Source: a virus
Taxonomy: Duplodnaviria > Caudoviricetes
Length of the DNA stretch: 55,594 nt
Direction: 5' to 3' (one strand)
Virus record (IMG/VR): IMGVR_UViG_3300006863_000002
Location: 1-55,594 of that record
Part shown: one piece after another, positions 25,110-35,866 of the stretch
Numbering within the stretch: position 1 is the first letter of the stretch
Layout: each line of letters starts with the position of its first letter
The notes under the pieces: generated by a model
Databases searched by the model: none
Seen by the model: only the letters and a program-made list of their open reading frames with translations
Told to the model about the DNA's origin: nothing
Position numbers and translations under genes: made by a program

Positions 25110-27538
25110 CTTGCTTTCTCCGGGGCTCCATACCCTGTTAAAACATTTGCGCCAACTCTTGCACCAAATCGTTCCGCCGCTCTTGCCACGTTCGGCAACA
25201 TCTGATTGCCTGTAAAAACCTGTTTTGCCAGATAAGGGCTTTGCATAGCCATTCTTTCCGGCACACGCATTCCATAATTAGCGGCTTGCAGTGCATTACT
25301 TACTGCACCTAAACCACCAGCTGGAACACCCATTCCAAGCAAAGCATGTTCTAAAACCTGCGGGATCGCAAAATTTCGAACATCTCGATATAGAGTCGAT
25401 TGTCGAGTCATCGGCTCTTTCACGATCCTTTTTCCGACTTTTGCTAAATCCAACAAATCACCAGATAAGTTTCGCTTTGACACTTTATCCAGCAAAGACT
25501 TAGGATTGATAAATCCTGTCATGTCATCCTTGGCAAGAGAGCCGATGGCTAACAACTTTTGGTAATGATTTGTCAGTTGGTTATATTCCCCCCGCAATGC
25601 AGGATTTGAGATTTCAAACGAGTCTATTAGCGCATTTCGTAAGTCCCTCCCGACTTTCTTAAATACTGGATCATTCTTGGTCAAAAAGGTGTTTGAGACA
25701 TATCCATGGTATTTAATTAAATCTCGAAATGCCTCACCTTTTATCCCACCGGGGCCCACATTAGCGCGAAGTCTTTGAATTGCATCAGCATACGCTTGGC
25801 GAACAGGATTTGCAGCATCAGTTGTGTTATTGATGTGCTGAGAAATAGCACGAAGCCTTTGCCCTAGTTGTGCATTTGGGGTCAAAGTTGTGCCAGCAAC
25901 AAGATTGTCCAGTTCTTGGCCAGTTGCCCTTTTCGCACTTTCGATTGAAGGCTTTGATAAATCCGAGACGCCGAGATTTGGTTTGCCGAAATTATTCGCA
26001 GTCGTGTTAAGGTCTTGAGCGACAGCCTTGTGCCAATCTTCAAACTGTTTATTCTTCACGCCCGCCGACACAAGTTTTTCATCGGCTTCTTTCAAGACAG
26101 GATTAGTGGAAAGCTGACTTGGGCGAATGTTTAAGCCAAACTTGTTATTGACGTTAAGAGCAGTCTGCGCTGCGCCGGGAGAAATGTTAGCCTTGAACGG
26201 CAAAGTCAAAGCCTTGGTAATCGGAGCAAGCAAGGCAGAGCCCGCACCTCCACCTACGGCACCAGTCAACACATTTCCAAGGCTTCTATCTTCTGGGCGG
26301 GTCATCCAAGGGGCTTGTTCAGCGGCAGCAAGACCGGCCCCTTCAATCGCACCTCTCGTGGCTTTTGACGCCATGCCTCCAGCGCCGCTTACAAATTTGC
26401 TAACGGTGGGAACGGCTGCAGCTAATTCTGGAACGGCCCGCGCCCCCGCAACCGCAGCTTTTCCGATAGCGCCGATGGTTCGTGCGGCAGCAAGGCCAGG
26501 AACACCAACTGCAGCGCCTAACCCTTCAGCAATAGCAGATGTTCCAGGAGCTGCAATGCGATAAGCCTCGCGTTCTTTCGCAATGTTTTCCATGCCCTTC
26601 GAGAAGGCTTCGCCGTAGGACATGCCATGAGTGCCGTGTTTGGCGATTGATGCTGCGACTTCCAGCGGCTCTGCAAGGCCCCAAGACGCACCTCGTGCAA
26701 AAGACCTGCCAACGCCCCACTCTTTCGGTCCGACAGCAGCCACTTCACCCGGCTGTTGATTTTGTCGAGGCGTGGGTTGCGGAGTTTCTTCAATCGCGTC
26801 TAAAAAGTTATCATGCGATAATGGAGCAGGTTGCCCTTGTTGCGCGGGAGCTTTTGCAGTGGCAGGCTGTTCTGATAAAAAATGGTCATCAAGAAAATTA
26901 TCATGTGTCAGCTGCGGAGCCCGAACAGGCGACGCATCATTCATTATTGACGCAGAGGCAACTTGGTTCGCAGGGGCTCTGTAAAGTGGCGCAGGCTGTG
27001 CTTGCGGCTGTGCATAAGCGATTGACTCCGGTGCAAACATCTGTGGAGGCAAAGACTGCGGAGGCAAAGGCTGCAGCGGCCCAGCATATTGCATGAGCTG
27101 TTCTTGCGGAACAAACCGCCTCGTTTCGTAAAGCTGCCCGGCAGGAGGGCCACCCGGAAGGCCAGCACGCGAAGCGCCTTTCCATCCGTGCCAAGCGCCC
27201 CATCCAGATCGCGCGGCCTCTCCTAAAGAAAAGTCAACTTGCGCCTGCCATGTGCGAGGATCACGAGCATTAAGACCTGTCACACGGGTGAACTCATCCC
27301 CAAGGCCACTGACCTTGTTTCCGCCCGGAGCCACATTGCCGTAGTGCAACTGGAAAGGACCAAAAGACGAGCCTTGGTCGCCCACGTAGCCATAAAGCCC
27401 TTCGCTTTTTGCGACACGTAGCGCCACATTTGGATCAATGCCTCGAGCCTCTGCGGCCTTTACAATATAATCCGCCACCATATTCGGATCATAGCCAGAC
27501 GCGAAAGCCCGTTTATCAACAGGTTGTTCAGCCATCAC
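25106..27538 (-). CDS. Large DNA ejection / internal virion protein with N-terminal lysozyme-like domain
   Basis: [20 protein letters not shown]...SFGPFQLH...GWGAWHG; third ejection-gene position. Confidence 0.7.
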   Translation of the reverse strand: MMAEQPVDKRAFASGYDPNMVADYIVKAAEARGIDPNVALRVAKSEGLYGYVGDQGSSFGPFQLHYGNVAPGGNKVSGLGDEFTRVTGLNARDPRTWQAQVDFSLGEAARSGWGAWHGWKGASRAGLPGGPPAGQLYETRRFVPQEQLMQYAGPLQPLPPQSLPPQMFAPESIAYAQPQAQPAPLYRAPANQVASASIMNDASPVRAPQLTHDNFLDDHFLSEQPATAKAPAQQGQPAPLSHDNFLDAIEETPQPTPRQNQQPGEVAAVGPKEWGVGRSFARGASWGLAEPLEVAASIAKHGTHGMSYGEAFSKGMENIAKEREAYRIAAPGTSAIAEGLGAAVGVPGLAAARTIGAIGKAAVAGARAVPELAAAVPTVSKFVSGAGGMASKATRGAIEGAGLAAAEQAPWMTRPEDRSLGNVLTGAVGGGAGSALLAPITKALTLPFKANISPGAAQTALNVNNKFGLNIRPSQLSTNPVLKEADEKLVSAGVKNKQFEDWHKAVAQDLNTTANNFGKPNLGVSDLSKPSIESAKRATGQELDNLVAGTTLTPNAQLGQRLRAISQHINNTTDAANPVRQAYADAIQRLRANVGPGGIKGEAFRDLIKYHGYVSNTFLTKNDPVFKKVGRDLRNALIDSFEISNPALRGEYNQLTNHYQKLLAIGSLAKDDMTGFINPKSLLDKVSKRNLSGDLLDLAKVGKRIVKEPMTRQSTLYRDVRNFAIPQVLEHALLGMGVPAGGLGAVSNALQAANYGMRVPERMAMQSPYLAKQVFTGNQMLPNVARAAERFGARVGANVLTGYGAPEKAR

Positions 27539-29073
27539 TTTGCCTCCGCGCTTGGAAGTTTTACGTCGCCATCTTTGGTAAGTTTAATCTCACCTTCTTT
27601 ATACAGACCCATATTTATAAGTTTGTCACGCAGTTTTTCATTGAAGAAACTTGCGCTAAACGAATTATCATTGCGTGGATGGGCAAGGCTGACTTTGCGA
27701 TATTGTTCGAGTGCTTTTGCCTCGACCTTGGCTATTTTCGCCACGCGACGCATATCATTCATCATTCGCTCAATGGCAGGCGTTTCGGCGTCCAGACCGT
27801 AGTTTGCTTGAAGCATGGTCTGCAATTCAAAGTTCGTGAAGCGACCTTGGCCTCCCAATGCAGCTTTTAGTTGTTCGAAAGTGTTTTTAGCCAGTTCCTT
27901 ACGCAGCGCCTGTGCCGCAGCAAATGCCTTGTCAGGATCATTTGTTCCGAGCATCATTGATGTCAGGCGATCAGCGGCGTCTTTTGGCAGCACGCCTCTG
28001 GCAAACTGTGCAAAATCAGCACGAGCTGTTCCAAGCGGCCCCGTGCGGAGCAACTTAAACATTTCTTCCTGATTTTTAAGTTTTGTTTCCATCTCATAGG
28101 CAAGACCAGCATTATGCTGGGCATCTTTTTCACTTTCCGCAAGCCAGCCTTTGCCTTCTTTATAATCCACATACGGCTTGTCTCTCGCAGTCTCCAGCGG
28201 AGCGCGTTCTGTTCGCACAGCACCGTAAGGAAGGCCGGATTCTTGAGTGGCAGGAGCCTCCGAGGGTGAAGGCTCCTGCCCAGCAGGAAGTTCAGAACGA
28301 GGAGCCGACGTTCCCCCTCCCGCTGTTTCTTCTGGCAAGATTGCTTCTGTGCCCGTTGGGGGCAGCATTCCCGGCACTCTTGCTTTCGGAATTTGATATT
28401 TTTCGCCACTCGCTGTAACGCCAGTCATTGGCTCAAAGCGTTTTTCTGCAGACTGCAGAGTATTTGCAAGTGTTTGTTGGGATAAAGCAGAATATTGACC
28501 AAGCATTCTAAAAAGGCCGTTGCGATTATTTCGGTTGCCAATAGGACTGCCAAGCAATCCTTGCAGCATCGTCAACCCTTCTTCTCTATCCTTAAAAACG
28601 TGAGCTGCTTGCAGATTTCCAATCAATCCAGACACATCGGAATCTGTAAGGGTTTTTCCTTCATCAATTTTTTGGATATACGGCGCAACACTGTTGCCGA
28701 TTACATCCAGTTTTGCTTTTTCGTTTTGAAGATACTGCCCGGCTGTTCGCGCTTCAATTTCGTTATTTTGGAGCAAAGTCTGAAAAACTTCTGGAAAAAC
28801 CACAGCCGCATTTGGGTCTTGGGCAACAGTTCCCAAAAATCCATACTTATTAAATTCTCCAGTTTTTGGATCAATATGCGCCTGCATATGCTGCCCGACA
28901 GCAATCTTTGCGGCATTTACACGCGCTTGCTGCTCGGCAGTCTGCTGAACTTGTTGCATCTGTGCAGCACGCAAGCCCATAGCCTGAAACTGTTCGGCTT
29001 GCTGCAGAGGATTGTCCGCAGTGTATTGCGGAGCCTGGGGATATGGAATACCGTCAGCCATTTTTGTCTCCAA
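27535..29073 (-). CDS. DNA ejection protein (P22 gp20-like position)
   Basis: Q/A-rich helical protein between gp7-like and gp16-like genes. Confidence 0.6.
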   Translation of the reverse strand: METKMADGIPYPQAPQYTADNPLQQAEQFQAMGLRAAQMQQVQQTAEQQARVNAAKIAVGQHMQAHIDPKTGEFNKYGFLGTVAQDPNAAVVFPEVFQTLLQNNEIEARTAGQYLQNEKAKLDVIGNSVAPYIQKIDEGKTLTDSDVSGLIGNLQAAHVFKDREEGLTMLQGLLGSPIGNRNNRNGLFRMLGQYSALSQQTLANTLQSAEKRFEPMTGVTASGEKYQIPKARVPGMLPPTGTEAILPEETAGGGTSAPRSELPAGQEPSPSEAPATQESGLPYGAVRTERAPLETARDKPYVDYKEGKGWLAESEKDAQHNAGLAYEMETKLKNQEEMFKLLRTGPLGTARADFAQFARGVLPKDAADRLTSMMLGTNDPDKAFAAAQALRKELAKNTFEQLKAALGGQGRFTNFELQTMLQANYGLDAETPAIERMMNDMRRVAKIAKVEAKALEQYRKVSLAHPRNDNSFSASFFNEKLRDKLINMGLYKEGEIKLTKDGDVKLPSAEAK

Positions 29074-29079
29074 TAGTTT

Positions 29080-29952
29080 TTAGTAGTAAGTCCGGACAGC
29101 GCGATCCCCAAGACCGCCTACCACATTTGACGGTAAATTCCCGCTACCACCTATGCCATAACGCAAAAAGTCAGGCATCATTGAACTAAATGCAGTGCTG
29201 CCTCCAGCAGTGCTCGCCGGATTGTTCCCATAAATAGAGGCCATATAAGGCAGCTGGAGAGCATTTCCTGCCGATTTGAAGGCGGCCATTTCGCCCCCAG
29301 CAAGGGCATTGCCTGCGCCCATAATGCCCTGACCAAGAGCCTGTCCGCCGCCCATTGCAGCATTAGCGATGTTAGTTGCCGCCCCAGTGGCAGCATTCGC
29401 AATTCCACCTGCCGCTTGTGCGCCCAACTGACCGGGATTGTAAAGCATCCCAAAAGCCTGCTGATTTTGACGCAGGTAATTATCAAGCTGCTGCTGAAAG
29501 GTTTGGGAAGCAAGACCCGTCGCAGTCTGTCCGATTTGCTGCACCAGATTACCAGATGAGCCCATGCCACGCGCCGCGCCGCTGTTCGCCATCGCCCCAA
29601 GAGCCTGACTACGCGCCCACTGATAACCGGGAGTGCTTTCGAGCTGTTGCTGTGTGGGCTGGAAGGTGGACATCAAATTCGCACCACCACCGCCGACACC
29701 AGCTTGTTGTGCGCCAGTGCCCTGCAAATACTGCATAAGCAAATCAATCGACTTATTACCAGCCGTTGCATAAGGCGAGAGTGCGGTATTTGCCCGTTGA
29801 TAGCCTTGCTCGGCGGCTTGTGCGGCCAAGATGGACCCAAGCAAGCCCATCTGCCCAGCAGAACCGGCGGCATTTGCTTGCGTGCGTGATCCCAAGATAT
29901 TGCCGATGCCGGTGAGCGCACTTCCGCCCATCATTGCAAATAATGGTAACAT
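29080..29952 (-). CDS. DNA transfer/ejection protein (P22 gp7-like)
   Basis: G/A/Q-rich; LSPYATAG, LESTPGYQW, SGAARG motifs. Confidence 0.75.
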   Translation of the reverse strand: MLPLFAMMGGSALTGIGNILGSRTQANAAGSAGQMGLLGSILAAQAAEQGYQRANTALSPYATAGNKSIDLLMQYLQGTGAQQAGVGGGGANLMSTFQPTQQQLESTPGYQWARSQALGAMANSGAARGMGSSGNLVQQIGQTATGLASQTFQQQLDNYLRQNQQAFGMLYNPGQLGAQAAGGIANAATGAATNIANAAMGGGQALGQGIMGAGNALAGGEMAAFKSAGNALQLPYMASIYGNNPASTAGGSTAFSSMMPDFLRYGIGGSGNLPSNVVGGLGDRAVRTYY

Positions 29953-29961
29953 TTTGCTCTC

Positions 29962-30213
29962 CTAAACCAGCGTAATAACTTTATAGGTGTTTGCACCTAT
30001 AACGAGTGTGTCAATTTGAACCCAACCTTGCGGAACGATTGCCGCGTCCGGCAGCAAAACCGCCCCCGCCAAGGGCGCTCCAGTTGTGCCATCTTCCGTC
30101 ACCGGGACGGTGTTCGCGACAAGCGCCGTAAGCAAAAGCTGAAGCTGCCGCGAAATGCTGCCGTCAGGTTGGATAAGATTTTTAAGTGAGTTCGGGACGA
30201 GCGCGCGTAACAC
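29962..30213 (-). CDS. Small tail-associated protein
   Basis: Follows the gp10-like gene. Confidence 0.55.
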   Translation of the reverse strand: MLRALVPNSLKNLIQPDGSISRQLQLLLTALVANTVPVTEDGTTGAPLAGAVLLPDAAIVPQGWVQIDTLVIGANTYKVITLV

Positions 30214-31839
30214 TTACGTCTCCATTTTCTCAACGTCGATGAACGCACCGTTTAAGGCGGTCGCCGCAGATGCAGTCCATGAAAGTTCAAACACGCGGTC
30301 ACGAGCAAAACCCAGTCTATTCCAACTCGGAATAGTTTTGTATTCACCCGTATGCCCAAGAGATTGCTGCACCACATTTCCGAAACTTACGCCACGGTCA
30401 TCACTCCAACGCAGCGACAGTTGCGGATCAGGCGTGGGATTTTCAAAAGTCAAAGTTTCTCCAACTACTGTAGCTGTAGCTGGTAGTGAAATGGTTATAG
30501 AAGAACCACTATCGACGTTGACTACTGTAGCGCCAGCTTGAATATCAGCGCCAGTTATAAGTTGTCCAATTATAAATTTAGACGTGCTTGGGATATTATT
30601 GATGGTAGTGCTCCCCACAGTCACGTCACCTGTTGTAATTATAGGTGCGTCCAGATAGGTTCCAACCTCAATATCCGCCATGAATTGTTTATAACTGATG
30701 CGATCCAGACTACTAACGATATGCGGGAAAGACCGCAAACGCAGAATATCGCTGCCATCGTCAGTATAGGCGTGCAGGTCCCAGTTGTAGAGTTTCCCGT
30801 TTTGCCAATCTCCGCAGATTGTTTTGCCATAAGCAAACGCAACGCAGTTTGCACGGTGCCTATGGAGCGCCCCGTTCTGATCCATCCACGCCCGCTCATG
30901 CCAAAGCTGAGTCGAAAGATCATAAACCCAAGTATGGTCGGCAGTTGGGAACGTCAGCACATAAAACATATGCGAGCCTTGCTGGTAGCAAAAGCCAATC
31001 GCATCGTTTATGGTTTCATAGCCACCGATGGCTTCTGTAATGGCAGGCGTCGAAATCACATCAGCCTTATATGCCGTGCCCATCATCACGAGTGCTTCGC
31101 CATTGTTGTCCTGCGAAAGCCAGAAAATATTCAAGCCCCATTTCGCAAGCGACCGCAACGCAGCGATACCATGCTGCAGAAAAACACCGGGAATTGGCTG
31201 AAACGGAAACGGAAAAGCCCCGACGTTGCTCCAGACTTCCGTGGTTCGCCGCCCAAAACTCCAGATTTCCTTATGCACCACATCAATGATCTGGAGTTGA
31301 TCCGCGTCACCCGTCATAGTTGCAGACGCAAGTGCGGTATAAGTTTCCGCATTCGAGTCGCTTGACTGAATATTTCCGTTAAGCGTGCTCGACACCAAAA
31401 AGGTATCAATATATCTTACCTGATTTCCGCCGACAAAATTTGCAGGACTGAAAGGCGCAAAGGCCAGTGTCGTCAGATTAACGCTCCAGCCAAACAACGA
31501 CCCGTCCAGAATAATAAGCGTGAACTTATTATCATACATCGAGACAAGGCCGTTTTGCGTGGCGATGGTGCCAAGAGGCTGCAACACAAAACTGTCCGGC
31601 ACATAATAAACCGTATCGCCGATCACCGCGAAAAGCAGACCATTGCTTGCGGTATAAAGCTGCCGCACTTCCGCGACATTCCCCTGAGTCAGTGTCACCA
31701 ACCCAGGGGTGCAATAATGCGTGTAAGGAACCTCGGCATCTTTCGTGTTTAGTTCTGGATACAAGTTTATGCAACGCTGGGCGTTAGCGATAACGCTTCG
31801 CGCTTCATATGCACCTTGAACTAATTGAAGCTGGGGCAC
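30214..31839 (-). CDS. Packaged-DNA stabilisation / tail hub protein (P22 gp10-like)
   Basis: QRCINLYPE, TPGL, TTEVW, YQQGSHMFYVLTFP, TWVYD, LRWSDDRG, RLGFARDRVFEL. Confidence 0.85.
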   Translation of the reverse strand: MPQLQLVQGAYEARSVIANAQRCINLYPELNTKDAEVPYTHYCTPGLVTLTQGNVAEVRQLYTASNGLLFAVIGDTVYYVPDSFVLQPLGTIATQNGLVSMYDNKFTLIILDGSLFGWSVNLTTLAFAPFSPANFVGGNQVRYIDTFLVSSTLNGNIQSSDSNAETYTALASATMTGDADQLQIIDVVHKEIWSFGRRTTEVWSNVGAFPFPFQPIPGVFLQHGIAALRSLAKWGLNIFWLSQDNNGEALVMMGTAYKADVISTPAITEAIGGYETINDAIGFCYQQGSHMFYVLTFPTADHTWVYDLSTQLWHERAWMDQNGALHRHRANCVAFAYGKTICGDWQNGKLYNWDLHAYTDDGSDILRLRSFPHIVSSLDRISYKQFMADIEVGTYLDAPIITTGDVTVGSTTINNIPSTSKFIIGQLITGADIQAGATVVNVDSGSSITISLPATATVVGETLTFENPTPDPQLSLRWSDDRGVSFGNVVQQSLGHTGEYKTIPSWNRLGFARDRVFELSWTASAATALNGAFIDVEKMET

Positions 31840-31854
31840 ATTACACCTTTAAGT

Positions 31855-32247
31855 TTAGGCAGTCAGAAGCGAAAACCACACGCCATTCGTCACAGCGACA
31901 AACAGAATGCGCTTTGCATTCGCCACGCTGATGCCGGTCGCGCCAGCAGTGCCGTTAATGGTGTCCGAACCATTGCCAAAAACCTGCACCGGATTGGCAC
32001 CGGCATTCGCCAGAAACACTACGCTGCCAGCAACCGCACTCGGCAGAACGACGCTATCGCCGCTGCTCGCAGAAGTAGCAACCTGATTTGAGCCAAGCGT
32101 CAATTTCGGCGTTGACGATGATAAAGCACCGCCAGCCAAAGCGACGATACCATAATTAGTCTGCCACTGCGGAGTAGCAAGCGCAGTATTAAGCGCACTG
32201 CCATCTTCGAGACGAAAGCCGGACTGGAAGCGATTAGGAGTAGCCAT
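31855..32247 (-). CDS. Virion structural protein (stand-alone copy of a shared domain)
   Basis: G/A/S/T-rich beta protein; GDSVVLP...ANAGANPVQVFG..SDTING. Confidence 0.7.
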   Translation of the reverse strand: MATPNRFQSGFRLEDGSALNTALATPQWQTNYGIVALAGGALSSSTPKLTLGSNQVATSASSGDSVVLPSAVAGSVVFLANAGANPVQVFGNGSDTINGTAGATGISVANAKRILFVAVTNGVWFSLLTA

Positions 32248-32251
32248 GTTA

Positions 32252-32980
32252 TTACCTCGTCTGGTCTGAGTAAATGTTGTAGACGCCCGGACGGACCAGA
32301 CTATCCGGCATCACAAGGCTAGGTATCTGGGCGTTAGCCGAACGCAGTGTCTGCATTGCGTCTTTCGCCAGATCGTTAAATCCGGGGTCCTCCGGCATTC
32401 GATAAGCCGCCCGCAACCTTACAACCAGATTGTAATGGATCGCAGCCAGATATTCCGGGGGGAAGTCGAACGTGGACGTGAGATCGGCAAACTCCGACAG
32501 CACTTCCTTTAAGATAATGTGAACTGAGTAAAGATTTGCCTGCGGGATCGGCCACGGATAAATCTTTCCAAGAGGATAACCGCTATCATAAAAGATGCAC
32601 TGCGAGAACGACACGAGAGATTTCAACGTAATCCTCGCATAGTCCTCATAAGAGAACAAAATTTGCAACGGGTAATCGACAGATTGCGTTCCAGTCGAAC
32701 CCGGAAGCATTCTAAAAAACGCGCTTTCCAGCTTATCCGGCCTCCACGACACATTAATGTCGCCGCCCGGACCAACTGTGTAACTTTGCGCTCCCGTGCT
32801 TACAATGCTTTTGTCCACAAGATGCCACACAAGCCAGCGTTTAACACGCCACTGTGAAATCATCATGTTAAGACGGGTCAGCGCGTCATTCACATCCTCG
32901 GAAAGCATCGACTGCCCGACACCGAGAATACCTGCGTCTTTGAATGCAAGGTTAATGATGTCTAAGGCAGTCGTCGCCAT
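32252..32980 (-). CDS. Head-to-tail adaptor (P22 gp4-like)
   Basis: TALDIINLAFKDAGILG...DALTRLNMMISQW...PPEYLAAIHYNLVVRL. Confidence 0.8.
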   Translation of the reverse strand: MATTALDIINLAFKDAGILGVGQSMLSEDVNDALTRLNMMISQWRVKRWLVWHLVDKSIVSTGAQSYTVGPGGDINVSWRPDKLESAFFRMLPGSTGTQSVDYPLQILFSYEDYARITLKSLVSFSQCIFYDSGYPLGKIYPWPIPQANLYSVHIILKEVLSEFADLTSTFDFPPEYLAAIHYNLVVRLRAAYRMPEDPGFNDLAKDAMQTLRSANAQIPSLVMPDSLVRPGVYNIYSDQTR

Positions 32981-32983
32981 CTC

Positions 32984-33313
32984 TTAAACCTCTTTCTTGC
33001 CAGCAGGCGTCGGCAGCACACTTGCTTTCGCCTTATCCTGCCCAGCTTTAAGTTCCGCAAGCTGCTTTTTGGCAGCTTCTAACTCCACGGCTTTGCGCTC
33101 AAGTTCTGCCTGAAGTTCATCTTCACGCGAGATATGCGCCCCCGGCGAACCCGTGGTGATAAATTCAACCTCTTCCCGAGCGTCAGCTACGATAATCGGG
33201 TCTTTCTTTTTCTCGTCCCGATAGCCGACGACTTTCGGATATTCCTCGAATTTATAATCAGGGAAATCCATGTTTTCGTAAACACCCAGATATTGCTGTC
33301 TTGTCTTAGCCAT
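32984..33313 (-). CDS. Hypothetical protein downstream of the coat gene
   Basis: AGGAG RBS; FEEYPK motif and coiled coil. Confidence 0.7.
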   Translation of the reverse strand: MAKTRQQYLGVYENMDFPDYKFEEYPKVVGYRDEKKKDPIIVADAREEVEFITTGSPGAHISREDELQAELERKAVELEAAKKQLAELKAGQDKAKASVLPTPAGKKEV

Positions 33314-33327
33314 TTTACCTGCTCCTT

Positions 33328-33360
33328 AGAAGAGGAAGGGGCATTTCTGCCCCCTCCCTA
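33328..33360 (-). terminator. Stem-loop / terminator after the coat gene
   Basis: GGGAGGGGGCA-GAAA-TGCCCCTTCCT-CTTCT on the minus strand. Confidence 0.55.
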
Positions 33361-33365
33361 TGTGA

Positions 33366-34577
33366 TTAGATGATGTCCGCGACGACCACGGCCCATTCCG
33401 GGCGAACCCAGAGGTAACCGTAAAGAACGTCAAGACGTGTGATAAACTGATCCGACTTGATGTCAAAACCAGTAACCATACGCATCGACACGCCGTCCAT
33501 ACGCTCACGAGCGACTTCCTGCATGTTCTTCGGCATTTCCAGATCAGCCGTCGCCATCGTGACCGCATCCGGCACGAAAGCAAGGTTCTTGCGGTAAACC
33601 GCGCCCGTCAGCGTCAGGCTGTTAATAGCCGCGCCGTTCGCAGGCGAAGCCGTAACCGTCTGATACTGAACCGTCGAACCACCAGACGGCGGAACGATGG
33701 CGGGGTAAATGCCAAGAACGCCACCAGCGTAGCTCGTGACAACGAACTGCTGCAGCTCGCCGGTCGTGACCTTGGTGATACGGTTGACGGCATTGACGCC
33801 AGCAAACGTGATGATGTCGCCAACGGTGAACGAGGACGCGCCGATCGTGACGTTGATGCTCGTGCCGGTCTGGTTCGCACCATTCACGGTCGGAGAAACG
33901 CCGACAACATACGTGCCAGTCGTGTGCTTGATAACGGTCTGATCTTCGAACCAGTCGAAGCCGATCGCGTTATAAACTTCACCCTTGCGATACTGCTCAG
34001 AAATCTCCGTCGCCGGATTGAGCAGACCCGTCAGGTTCTGCACGGTGCGGGCCATTGAAACCGGATCAAGAATGAACTTGCGGTTATCCGTGGGAGCCGA
34101 GCGCAACGACAGCAGCGCCTTGGCGTTCAGCCAAGTTTCGAGGGTCGGACGAAGCAGATTGCCCGCAGCGTCAAAGTTGCCGACAAGGTTCGACACGCCG
34201 CCTTCAACGCCAGACATAACGTCCGCCGCAACCGCGCCAACGAGGTTGTTGACCGCCGGAGCCAGAACGCGCTTGGAGTAATCGTCCAAGCTCATCGTGC
34301 GTTCGGCAGAGTTGAACGACACGTCAACGCCCTTCTGGGTCGCCAGCGTCAGGGTGGTGGAGGTTTCCGCCGTATCCTGGATCTGAGCAACCGGACCCGT
34401 GCGAACGGTGTAGTCGTTCGGCAGGCGGATACGCAGGCTCTGGCCGATCTTCGCGCCCGTAACGGCGAACTGATCGTCATACTGCGTGTCGATGTGCTGC
34501 AGGAACGAGTTGGTGTTGACCCAGAGGCGAACGGCCTCACGGGTAATCATGTTAATTGTTAAGAGTGAGTTAGACAT
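33366..34577 (-). CDS. Major capsid protein, P22 coat family
   Basis: NSLLTINMITREA, GAKIGQSLRIRLP, GDIITFAGVNAVN, RLDVLYG...RPEWA. Confidence 0.92.
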   Translation of the reverse strand: MSNSLLTINMITREAVRLWVNTNSFLQHIDTQYDDQFAVTGAKIGQSLRIRLPNDYTVRTGPVAQIQDTAETSTTLTLATQKGVDVSFNSAERTMSLDDYSKRVLAPAVNNLVGAVAADVMSGVEGGVSNLVGNFDAAGNLLRPTLETWLNAKALLSLRSAPTDNRKFILDPVSMARTVQNLTGLLNPATEISEQYRKGEVYNAIGFDWFEDQTVIKHTTGTYVVGVSPTVNGANQTGTSINVTIGASSFTVGDIITFAGVNAVNRITKVTTGELQQFVVTSYAGGVLGIYPAIVPPSGGSTVQYQTVTASPANGAAINSLTLTGAVYRKNLAFVPDAVTMATADLEMPKNMQEVARERMDGVSMRMVTGFDIKSDQFITRLDVLYGYLWVRPEWAVVVADII

Positions 34578-34734
34578 TTGACTGACCTTTTGTTAAAGCG
34601 CGGACGCGCCATGAGTGCCAAAAAGCAAGAGGGAGTCCTCTGCGTTTCGACGGTGCCCGCGTCCGTCACTTTATCGGGCCAGCCCAGACTGTTTGCCCCA
34701 CAGCCAGAGAGGGGGGATCGTAAGGTTATCCCGC

Positions 34735-35523
34735 CTACCTTCTACGACGAGCCTGTGATTGCTCGTTACGTAATCTCGCCCATTCTTCCATAGAAATGTT
34801 AGGATCGTCAAGTGTCGCCGGAGCGCTGCCGATCCCGTTCACCTTTGGAGTAATGGGTGGCGGCGCAGATGAAACCCGTTTCGGGGCATTCACATTCTGC
34901 GCCAATTTCGCCACCGCCACAGCCTGTCGCGTCGGCGGAAGCATCGCAATCCGCGCCGCCTCATCCGGGTTCTTGGCCAGATGGTAAAGCACTTCCTGCG
35001 GATTTCCAGTTTCAATAGCAGCTTCGGTCAGCGTGGTGGGAATGCCACCTAAAATCTGAGCCATGTTGTTAAGCTGCGGAGCCCAGTCCCCGTATTTTGC
35101 AAGCCCGTCGTTCCAGATTTTATCTGTCGTGTCTTTCCAAGCCTGCTGCTTCGCAAGTTCCTGCGCTTGACGATGGACTTCCATCTGTATCTGGCGCGGA
35201 TCGTATGGGACTTCGGCGGCAGGCTGCTGGGCCTGCGGAGCATATTGCGCCTGCTGGTAATATTCAGCCTGCTGCAACCGCTCTTCGAGTTCACGCTTTT
35301 GGCGCGTCAACTGGCCGATGCGATCCAGAAGGCCCTGCGGGGGTTTTGCAGCGCTTTCAGCAATCCCAGACTCCTCGTTACCGAGCGAGGCTTCGGGAGC
35401 CGCTTCCTGTCCCGCATCGGCCACAACGGGGGTTTCGACCACGGCAGGTGCTTCTGGCGTAGCCGCGCCGGTTTCCCCGTCACTTTGCCGCATGGCGGCG
35501 TCCCAAAAATTCATCTTTCTCAT
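34735..35523 (-). CDS. Scaffolding protein
   Basis: Acidic N-terminus, RIGQLT coiled coil, LYHLAKNPDEAARI, SSAPPPITP, SMEEW; directly upstream of the coat gene. Confidence 0.8.
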   Translation of the reverse strand: MRKMNFWDAAMRQSDGETGAATPEAPAVVETPVVADAGQEAAPEASLGNEESGIAESAAKPPQGLLDRIGQLTRQKRELEERLQQAEYYQQAQYAPQAQQPAAEVPYDPRQIQMEVHRQAQELAKQQAWKDTTDKIWNDGLAKYGDWAPQLNNMAQILGGIPTTLTEAAIETGNPQEVLYHLAKNPDEAARIAMLPPTRQAVAVAKLAQNVNAPKRVSSAPPPITPKVNGIGSAPATLDDPNISMEEWARLRNEQSQARRRR

Positions 35524-35524
35524 C

Positions 35525-35857
35525 TTAGGCTCCTGATCCTTTTTTCATTTGAAGGACGCCCTCACGCCCTCGACGCAACGTCGCATCTTTTACTAAGGCA
35601 TCATATATCTGATCTTTCAAGACTTCATCCATGTTCGTCGTCAATAACTGGGTTAAAGTGGCTCTAGCAGCATCAAGATAAAGCGCCCAGCAAGACGACA
35701 CGTAGGACTCACGATCTGGGTATTGCTCGTAAAACTCATTCGAGCGTCCAGCGTTCTTTTCGTAAACTTCTTGCGCCATTTCCATCGCAGTTTTTGCCAC
35801 GAGTTTATGCGCGTGGGCTCCTTTTCCGGGTAGTCTGATAAGTGGCTCTCTTGACAT
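35525..35857 (-). CDS. Hypothetical protein
   Basis: AGGAG RBS; tightly packed. Confidence 0.7.
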   Translation of the reverse strand: MSREPLIRLPGKGAHAHKLVAKTAMEMAQEVYEKNAGRSNEFYEQYPDRESYVSSCWALYLDAARATLTQLLTTNMDEVLKDQIYDALVKDATLRRGREGVLQMKKGSGA

Positions 35858-35866
35858 TCTTGGCTC

